From NCBI RefSeq assembly GCF_009914755.1, contig NC_060930.1: a stretch of 64,000 nucleotides of DNA, one strand, 5' to 3'. This document shows positions 54,438 through 64,000 of the stretch, one piece after another. This stretch comes from the human T2T-CHM13v2.0 reference genome, Homo sapiens. The notes under the pieces are model-generated. The model searched no databases. It had not been told where the DNA came from and worked only from the letters and a program-made list of their open reading frames with translations. Position 1 is the first letter of the stretch. Each line of letters begins with the position of its first letter. The position numbers and the translations under genes were made by a program.

Positions 54438-55864
54438 TAAGAAGACTAGTAGAATTTAGGCGGGGCAGTACAAGCACTACTAAGTAAAAAGTTGGGTTTT
54501 AAATTGTAACTTAGTACTATGCATAATATGTCATGCATATCATCAACTAATCAATAGAAAACAAAAAGAGCTATAAATATATAACAGTTATCAACATTAC
54601 AATTTGTACTGATTGCAAAGTAATTTGTCTCTGTGATTGTACAAATCTTATATAATTATTTCAAATAGCTAGTGATACTAGAAAACACCACAATAAAACA
54701 TTGAATTGGTTTTAAACATGCCTGTAGCTATGACAAACACACTGTGCACACTCTTTTTGTTTACTTTGCAGGGGAATGTTATTTTACTTCTGGTCTCTAT
54801 TCTCTTCCCATGAGTTTTATTCTTGAGTTGCGTAAGAATGATTTCTCAGTGAAAAGCAATTCTACTTTACACCATGAATACAACAATGCTCTAGCAATAT
54901 ATGCGAGGGAGGTAAGATTCGTGCGTCAAAACCACAGATGGATGGCTAGGAGTTCATCTTCTCTTCCTTCTTCAACCTACTGTCTGGTAGAGGTGTTAAT
55001 GAACAGTGAAATGACCATATGCTTAGTGCAGTTCAGAAATACATAAAGAGAAAAGAAACAGAGATTGGGTATTCCTGAAAGCTCAAGTGTTTGCTAGACC
55101 TTAAAGGCAAGCAGGTAGAAAATAAATAACAGATATCAATCATTAAGTCACAAACAAAAATAGCATAACTATATGAGAAGCAGATCCACCTCACCAATGA
55201 TGAAGAGTATCTGCCAAAACTTAAATGCAAAAGTCTAACACAGTGTAATATTTCCTCTAGGAATTTAGGCCATAAAATACTTCTAGAAATACTATGCAAA
55301 GATATTCCTGTCTGTGTAAGTACTTATGGAAGTATTTCTATGTGTGCATATGTATGTGCATTTGTATATCTTTGCACACTTCTCTGGAAATACATATATT
55401 CATACTAGCATTATTAATAAAAAATTACAAATAACCTTTAACTTAAATAACAATTGATACTTGCTGAACTGAACAGTGCCAACTATAGTAAGTGTTAAAC
55501 TAATATGTAGTGTTGTTTTGATATTGGCGAAATTTATTTTGTTCTTTTTTTTTTATCTCCCTCAATAGAAGATTTGTTCAATCAATTGTGGACATTGATA
55601 TATCAGAACACCCTTCAGCAATCAAAAAGAACAATCTAGGTTTACATTTGCTGACATTGAAAGATACATTGTTCCAAAAAGAAAATGCAAATTTCTTAAT
55701 GGTGTATGTAGTATCATCTTATTTTTCTTTTAAAAGTCAAGGAAAAGTAAAGCTGAGGAAAATACTTGGAAAAGAGATTTTGCATTTCAATATTGTCATC
55801 TTTTTTAAACAAGCAAGAATTATTTTGTTCTTCTGGCCTGATTTTACATTTCCTCTTTGTTTTC

Positions 55865-56155
55865 CATAGTTTTAGTATGACAGGCCTAGGTATAACGTGT
55901 TTTGTATTTCATCTGCTTAGAGATCTTAGCACTTCTTGAATCTGTAGCTTGATGTCTTTCATCAATTTTGGAAAATTCTCAACCATTACCTCTTCAACTA
56001 TCATCCCTGTCTCTTTCTTTCTCCTCTGTCACAGTGATTACACATATTTTAGACTTTTTCACCATGTTCCATGTGTCTTGCTCTTTTCTGTGTTTCTATC
56101 CTTTTAGTTTTTTGTGCTTTGGTCTGGATATTTTCTTCTGACTAATCCTCAACTC
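55865..56155 (-). mobile_element. Old L1M ORF1 fragment
   Basis: 'cttcttgaatctgtagcttgatgtctttcatcaattttggaaaattctcaaccattacctcttcaa'. Confidence 0.75.
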
Positions 56156-57449
56156 AAAAAAATTCAAGGAAAAACAATCATAAATAAAACCATCTAAGAT
56201 AACAGGATCTCTACAAAGACAAGAAAAATCATAATCACTTATTTGTGGGCGCTACATGCTTAATGAAGTATCCCCGAGAACCTATGAAGATAACTGAGAA
56301 CATCCCCCACATAGAAGGAGTAAACTCTGAAACAGGACACTTGAGACAATCTTAGAAGTGAGAAGAGAGTCTTTGCCATTTAATAAAGTCTGCAGTAGAA
56401 GTCTCTCCATCACTTCCAATGTTTGTCCCCCATCTAGTGTCCACAAACTCAGAAAAGCAAATGAAACCAAAATCCCCCTGCTTCAAAGTGTGAGTCAAGG
56501 GGAAGACACATTCTTACACTGCTATCAGATAAATTAGAAGTATCATTAGTGAGTGTTAATTCATACTGTATTAGAAAAATTCAAGCGTAGACAGAGTGGC
56601 CCACCTTAACATGAACAAAAGAAAAGAAAAGAACAACAATAAAAGAAAGTACAAACCAAAGAACAGACAAAAATTCCTAGTGGGTGCCTCATGTCATAGA
56701 AAAGTTCTAGAAGAATATGCATTTAATATGTTAAGTACTCAGAGTTAAAATAATAACACCATATAGTAAGAGGAAATGTGAATGCTCTTTCCAGCCAATA
56801 AAACAAATTGAGAGCCAAAAAGTTTACCCTTACCTAGCAAATAAAGAAATAAAGTAAAAATGTTAAGGAATAGATTAAGTATGACTGCAAATTAAATTCC
56901 TGGTGAAGGGGAAAGCCTTTGAACATAATGAATGCTAAGGAAACAGGCAAACAGATAAGGCAACTAGAAAAATGATAAGAGATATAAAAGAGAGACAAAC
57001 ACAATCCATCATCAAGATAGTTCCTATCCCTAGGTAGAAAACAACTAACAAAATACGACAAAAATATGTTTAAAGGTATATTTAAATACATGCAAATAAT
57101 TTTTTTGAATACACGCAAATAATTTTTTTAATCCTAATGCCCCACTATAATCACAGAATAATAACAACTATTATTATTATTATTCAGTAATAATAATGCT
57201 ATGCCAGAGGGAACAAAGATGAGAAAAATAAAACAAAATTTCAGAAGCTGAAAAGCAAATGCATCAATGATAACTAATTTGGCAAGTACCAGAAATACAG
57301 ACCTCAAGGCTGCAACTGGGAGAGTTGAGGTTCAACACAGTTTACTTCACAGAATTCCCACAAGGTGCATGAAGTGGCAGCCTCACATCCCTCTAGAATT
57401 GGAGGCAAAATGGAAGAGATGCCAAAATCAAGAGGATGACTGACAGAGC

Positions 57450-58256
57450 TGTTTGCAAAGAAGATATACAAATGGTCAACAATCACAAGAAAAGAGACTC
57501 AACATTAGCAGCCGTCAGGGAAATGCAAATCAAAAACCACAATTAGATACCACTTCACACCACTTAGATGTATATAGTCGAAAAGACAGACAATACCAGC
57601 CATCCAAGAGGATATAAAGAAATTGGAACCCTTATACATTGTTGATGGGAATGTAAAATAGTACAGCTGCTTTGGAAAACAGTCTGGCAGTTCATCAAAA
57701 GTTAAACATAGTTATTTTATGACCCAGCAGTTCCACTCCTAGGTATATATCCAAGAAAACTGAAAGTATATGTCCACACAAAACTTGTACACAAATAATA
57801 CATTATTCACAATACTGAAAATATGGAAACCCACTGTCCATCAACTGATGAATGGATAAGCAAAATGTGGTAAGGCAATAAAAAGGAATAAAGTACTGGT
57901 ACATACTACGACATGGATAAATCTAGAAAGTGTCATGCTTGTAAAAGAAGCCAGTCACAAAAGGTTACAGATCGTATGATCCCATTTATATGAAATGGCC
58001 AGAAAAGACAAATCCACAGAAACAGAAGGTAGATTAGTAGGCTCTTAGGGCTGGAGGTTGTGGTGGGGGTAGGAATTGGGAAAATAAGAACTTAGTGCTA
58101 ATAGGTATGGGCTTTCTTTTTGTGGCCATGAAAATATTCCAAATTTAATAGTGGTGACAGTTTCACAACCGTTTGAATGTATTAAAAATCATCTCATTGT
58201 ACTTTAAGTGAATTGTATAGCATGTGAATTATATTTCATTTAAGTTGTTCTTTTTT
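57450..58256 (+). mobile_element. L1MB 3' fragment
   Basis: 'aaagaagatatacaaatggtcaac...cagggaaatgcaaatcaaaa...gacccagcagttccactcctaggtatatatccaag'. Confidence 0.9.
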
Positions 58257-58271
58257 AAAAAATGATTTGTT

Positions 58272-58392
58272 TGATAGGTACAGCAAACCACCATGGCACG
58301 TGTATACCTATGTAACAAACCAGCAGGTTCTGTGCATGTATCCCAGAACTTAAAGCATAATTTAAAAAAAGTTTAAAAAACTATTAGAAGAA
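58272..58392 (+). mobile_element. Very short L1PA7/8 3' end insertion
   Basis: Perfect TSD aaaaaatgatttgtt at 58257-58271 and 58393-58407. Confidence 0.92.
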
Positions 58393-58409
58393 AAAAAATG
58401 ATTTGTTGA

Positions 58410-58960
58410 TTTTCCAGAATAATGGATGAAAACAGATGCAACCAACCTTCATTGTTGTCCCTATTTCAAAATACCAAAGACAAAGACTAGATTTTGTAGA
58501 CTTCCAAAGGGAGAAAAAGAGGTTCAACATCTGTTTTGAATTGGAAATCTGAATGGCATCAGACTTTCCAACAGCAATTATAAGCATGAAGAAAATACAG
58601 CAATTCCATCAATAACCTGCTAATCTAGAATTCAATTATTAGCCAAACTGTAAATCCAGTATGAGAGAGTAAGATGAAGACATTTCAGGCATGTAAAGTG
58701 TTAAAAAATTAACTTTGTGCACCCTTTGACAAGAAGCTGCAGGAGGATGTGCTCCTTGAAATGAGTGCATAAACCAAGAAAGAGGAAGACATAGGGACAT
58801 GGAAAATAGATCATCCAATGAAGGAGAGAGACAAAGAGAATTCCCAGGGAATTCCAAGGAAGACGGAAAATCTCAGAATGATAGTTACGCTCTAGATTAG
58901 AAAGCAGCAGTCCAGTCTGAAGTAGTATGTCCCAAACGAATATACAGAAATCTTTCTTCA
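58410..58960 (+). mobile_element. HAL1-like fragment (probably continues at 57190-57450 and 61530-62280)
   Basis: 'gaatggcatcagactttccaacagcaa', 'agccaaactgtaaatc', 'ggaggatgtgctcc...aaaccaagaaagaggaagacataggga'. Confidence 0.7.
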
Positions 58961-59299
58961 CCAAGATCCCTACAGCCTTCAACCCAGAACACCTGGGTGA
59001 GCCCGCTCCAGATTCTGTGCCTTGGGTTGTTTCCCCACATGCTGCATAAATTCCTGCTGTCTCCTCCAAGCTCAATGCTGGGTCATGTTTTGACACATCT
59101 AAAGACTCTCATTTCAAACCACAAAAGGGAGCTTCATTCACCTTTACCTGGGAGCTAAAAGTATGCCATGATGAGGTGTTTTCATCAGAGTATCCATGGT
59201 TATGCTGTGTAACAAATTAACTCAAAACCTCAGCGACCTTTCACTCTTACACTGAACATCCAAAGTCTCTGAGGCACCCAGGTTGATAAGCATGCTTTC

Positions 59300-59507
59300 T
59301 TCTTCTTCTTTTTTTGTTTTTTGGAAACAGGTTCTTGCTCTGTCGCCCAGGCTGGGGTGCATGGCTGGCTAATTTTTTGTATCTTGTTGTAGAGATGGGG
59401 TCTCGCCATGTTGCCCAGGCTGATCTCAAACTCCTGAGCTCAAGCAATCTGCCAACCTCAGCCTGTCAAAGTGCTGGGAATACAGGAGTGAGCCACTGCA
59501 CCAGGCC
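59300..59507 (-). mobile_element. AluJ with ~100-bp internal deletion in right arm
   Basis: 'gctggggtgc|atggctggctaatttt' junction; aagcatgctt on both flanks. Confidence 0.9.
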
Positions 59508-59575
59508 AAGCATGCTTATTCTTAATGTGCTGTTTCCACAATTGCTGTGGCAGTTTAGAAGAGAGTTAGCCAGTG

Positions 59576-59909
<334 letters not shown>

Positions 59910-60607
59910 TTAGCCTAGCATCAGCTTGTGATCTTTTACTCAGAAGTAACAATACATCTCCTGCACTCCCGGCACTTCAGCAAGAACCAGAAACATGGCC
60001 CCAACTAACTGCAAGGGCTCTAGGAAATGTGGCAGACCACATGAACAGATGGTGAGCAATCTATATCTCTGCTGCACAAGCTGAGAAGCAGAAAATACCG
60101 AGCAGCCCAATCCCTCATATTTTTGTCAGATACCCAGAATGTGGCCCACAGTTCATCTCCGCCAGACGCCCTACCTTGGCAAGCCCTGAGTTTCCCAGGA
60201 CTCAGTCATGATCTCGCCCACTTACTTCCTCAGAGGAGGCTGCTGTTAATTCCAAGGGAAGCTGAAGCCAGAATATGACCCAGAGAATATTCAGCTATGT
60301 TTCCTTCATGCAGTGTGGGCCTTTCCTAACATAACTAGGCTTGTACTTGCTACTTAGATTTTTTTAAATTAAGGGCAGATAGGAGACAGAGAAGAAAAAG
60401 GGAGAGAGAGGGACTGGAAATTCATACATGGATTAAAAAAACTGTTTTTAAAAGCAAAGAAAGGCTAACACAAAAGTCAGAGCAGTGGTTGCCTCTGGTG
60501 GAGAGGGGAAATGATACAACTGGGAAAAGTTCTGGTAATATAGTCTATTTCCTAACCTGGGTAGTAGGGAATGAATGGAGGGTTGTTTTTTCTACTAATG
60601 TTCTGAA

Positions 60608-60918
60608 ATCTATCTATCTGTCATCTACCTACCTATCTACCTACCTATCTATGTACCTACCTACCTATCTATCCACTCGCCTATCATCTATCTACCTACC
60701 TCTTGATCATTTATCTATCTACCTACCTATCTACCTACGTACCTATCATATATCTATCTATCTATCTACCTATGATCTATCTATTTATCTGTCTACCTAC
60801 CTACCTATCATCTATCTACCTACCTATTATCTATCTACGTACCTATCTACCTATCATCTATCTATCTATCTATCTATCTATCCATCTATCTACCTACCTA
60901 CCAATCTATCTAATCTAC
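60608..60918. repeat. Compound (TCTA)n/(CCTA)n/(TCA) tetranucleotide array, about 310 bp
   Basis: Directly visible; explains ORFs 60489-60956 and 60703-60996. Confidence 0.97.
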
Positions 60919-60954
60919 ATGTGTTTTTTATGCAGTTTTCTGTTGTGCTTTACT

Positions 60955-61519
60955 AACCTTGCCCCTAAAAAGGCCTGGCCTTTGGGCAGCTTCTGAGAGG
61001 TAGGTAAGCTCTAATCCCTTAAAATGTCCTGCCTGGTAAGAGTATGTTTCTCTACCCAGGCCTAGGCCCAGACCAGACAGTCCATGCTAACAATGTGATT
61101 TATGGTGGTAGCCCAGGGCTAGAGATAGCAGCTTGACCTCTGGAGGAGCTGGAGCTGAAGGTCAGCCATGTGGGTGGTCGACCATGCCTGTATATGTCTC
61201 TGGACACAAGCACATAAATCCTGGGCAGCAGATCCTGGTTGAACTGCCTGTTTAGCAGTACCCATGCATGTTGACACACGTCATTGTTGGGACAGGTGAG
61301 CCGTGTCTGCACAGCTCCCATAGAGGAAGACAACTGGGAGCCCACCCCTGGTGTCTGGAACGCTGCCTCACATGCCCCTTCCTTTTGCTGCATTTAGTCT
61401 GTATCCTTTTGCCATAATAAACTGTTATTGTGAGTATAACAGCTTTGTTGAGTTCTGTGAGTCCTTCCAGTGAATCACTGAACCTGAAGGTGGCCTTAGA
61501 GACCCCTAAAATGCAGTTG
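60955..61519 (+). mobile_element. MER21C-like LTR
   Basis: 'ctgtatccttttgccataataaactgttattgtgagtataacagcttt...gagttctgtgagtccttccagtgaatcactgaacctgaaggtggcc'. Confidence 0.8.
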
Positions 61520-62344
61520 TATATATCTTTCACAATTAATTTTTGAAAAGATCTAACAGAAGAAAATTTACCTAAATATAGGTAGCACTAAATCTACAGA
61601 ACACAGGGACATTTTGTGTTCTGTGCAAGATTTCTATTAATAGAAGATCTGCATGAAGACAGGTCATAAAGAGGTTACTGAACATTAAGTGTAATGAGAG
61701 AAAAGAAATCTTTACTTATCCAAGGGAAATGCAATTCACTTACAGAAAGGAAAAATAACTGCCATTAAATTCCAGGAAGTAATACAAAAACACATATAAA
61801 AATCTGCAGAAAAGTATTACTGAAGAATATAATATTCAGCTTAAATTATTGCTCAGGTACTAAACTAACAGACATTCTTGGTCAGGAAACAATCAGAGGA
61901 GAGCGTACCCATGAGCCTTTGATGAAAGCAGTGACTCCAAAGTGAAATCCATGTGAAATCAATCAAAAGATGAATCAAAATAAAGGTCTCAGAAAAGTGC
62001 ACACTGACCTCAAACCATGAGTACTGAGTATTGCATTAATTTCAATCTGAAATCATGATGAAACAACTATCAGAATTATAGGTAGAGAGCAGAATGCAGA
62101 TGTTAATATTCTTAGTTAAATAAAAACAATAAAATAGAAGTCAGGATGTGGTTGGGAAGGAAGTGGGAGGGAGGGAGAGAAAGCATGATAAATTTCTCCA
62201 CCTTTCATAGCAGAAAACCAAATAAAACTGTCTAAATTTTTTTCAAAATTAAACTCAACTCAAAAACATGATTCCCACCTCTGTTGTTTTTCATAATTCA
62301 TTTTCTTTAAAATGAATCTGTATAATTGAGCTAATCTAAAAAGA

Positions 62345-62530
62345 AATAGCATGCATGAATCATTGTATTCCAGGTGCTATTCTCAATGTTCTACCTTATA
62401 CCTTTTTACTCCTCACAACACCCTATGATTTAGATACTTTAAATCCCATTTTACAGATCAGAATTCCAAAGCACAGAAATGTTAAGTAATTTGCTCAAGT
62501 TCCCATAGAAAGTTTAAGTGATAGATCCTG
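62345..62530 (-). mobile_element. MIR
   Basis: 'tcctcacaacaccctatga...tcccattttacagatcaggaattccaaagcacagaaatgttaagtaatttgctcaag'. Confidence 0.85.
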
Positions 62531-63594
62531 GAGGTGGTACTTTTTCATACACAGAAACAATTCTACAAAATTTGACTTTATTTCCCTCCCTATTATCTTC
62601 AATTATAATTAAATTTGAAACATTTTACTTAATATGTATGGCAAAATTCATTTTTATAAAAATGATTTCTTTTATCTAGTTCTATTTCCAACTGTATATA
62701 TGCACAGGAAAATGTCAGGAATGCGGCTCATCTAATATTACAATGTACTTCTGAGAGTTAAAATTGGTGGTGACGTTTTGCTCTCTGCTCTGTAATTACC
62801 AATGCTGTTTTAACTTTTACAATTGTATAATATATAAAATTAATAAAATATTAAATGCATGTCTTCAAATTTTTAGGAAAAAAAGTGATGCTCTTCCACC
62901 TATGCCATGAAATTGTAAGCAGCTATTTAAAGTAACATTGTTGGTAAGACTTACTGATGGGTAACCTTATTTTTGTAAAAACAGCCACTTTTTGATACAA
63001 TATTCAAAGTGCATTTTAATTATGTAAAATTAAATATGTTTTATGTGTGTGTATATTTAGAGACAGACATAGAAGCATGCTTTCTATAGCTATCGGCAGT
63101 GGTTATATCTGAATGCTGGGACTTTAGATAATTTTTACTCTATTCTTTATTGCTTTTAGTGCTGATTCAATTATTAACCATAAGCACTTTATTAACTTAA
63201 TTAGAATTTGTATATTCAGTTGGGGAATAGTAAAGGTGAAAGATGCATTTTTACTTGTCCCTCAGAGAGGCACCCTGATTACTGCACTCATGGTGTTAGG
63301 CAGATGTGTGAGTGTTTGGGTTTTTTCCACTATATTTTTTTCTTTGCTGATGATTGCCTAAAACCTGGCTTTGATTACTCACTTTGAGATTTAAGACAGC
63401 AGAAGCCTTTCAGCATTCAGTCATTTTGCCTGAGAGGGAAAAATAATGCTCTAGGGCAAGTTGAACGACAAGAAAGGAATTGATTATATTTTGACCTGTT
63501 GCTGCTCAATTAGATGAATTTGACCAGCTGTGGCAAGATTGTTTTCATGGACTAGTCTGCTTAGGGAACACGTCATTCTTGATCCTTCTCTAAA

Positions 63595-63744
63595 GATCTT
63601 GCTACTCTAAGTGGGTTTGGCGAACAGCAGCATAGGCCTCACCAGGAAGCTTATTAGAAATGCAGAAGCTTGAATCCCACAACAGCCTTACTTTTATCAA
63701 CATCCTAGGGGATCCTTTGGTGCATTAAAGCATGAGAATCACTG
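63595..63744. mobile_element. MER5A hAT-Charlie MITE
   Basis: 'cagcagcataggcctcaccaggaagcttattagaaatgcagaa...gcattaaagcatgagaatcactg'. Confidence 0.8.
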
Positions 63745-64000
63745 ACTTGAGAACATCATGATCCTATCTCTCTGTGCTCTGCTGGGGTTAAATGGGAACC
63801 GTATCAAAGTTAGAGAATCACGCACATTCAATGGAAAAGACCCCACATGCCACAAAGGAATGCCCCGGGCTGAGAAGTAAATAGACTCACAGGAAGAACT
63901 CACCCACACTCCTCATCACAAACCATACCCTGGACAAATAAATGCTCTGGAACCTACAAAGCCACAATTCAGAGATGGAAACTGACTTCTCTAAAGTCAC

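Noticed and set aside
60489-60996. 155-aa and 97-aa YLST-rich ORFs
   Set aside because: Translation of a tetranucleotide microsatellite

Overview
AT-rich, CpG-poor primate genomic DNA, very probably human (it contains an AluYb-lineage element with the 7-bp duplication). It looks intergenic or deep intronic. Roughly half of the window is interspersed repeat: about 16 Alus (J, S and Yb lineages), L1 fragments from ancient L1M/HAL1 to young L1PA, L2, MIR, solo LTRs (MER50, THE1D, MSTA, MLT1, MER21C), DNA-transposon MITEs (MER94, MADE2, MER53, MER5A) and microsatellites. I recognise no cellular protein-coding gene, RNA gene or CpG island. The ORF track is explained by L1 ORF1/ORF2 remnants, Alu read-through, simple repeats and chance. 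Repeat subfamily names and the edges of old elements come from recalled consensus sequences and are approximate. No new biological system is demonstrated. The best leads are: (1) a possible unannotated minus-strand micro-exon chain at 15.6-13.3 kb running into a repeat-poor 3' UTR-like block with a poly(A) signal at 10.74 kb; (2) a 167-bp locally templated insertion into a palindromic TA microsatellite; (3) an L1 3' transduction, a twin-primed L1 and an L1 with a 5'-junction duplication; (4) an intermediate AluYb; (5) a duplicated AP-1/octamer cassette and divergently oriented CTCF-like motifs.
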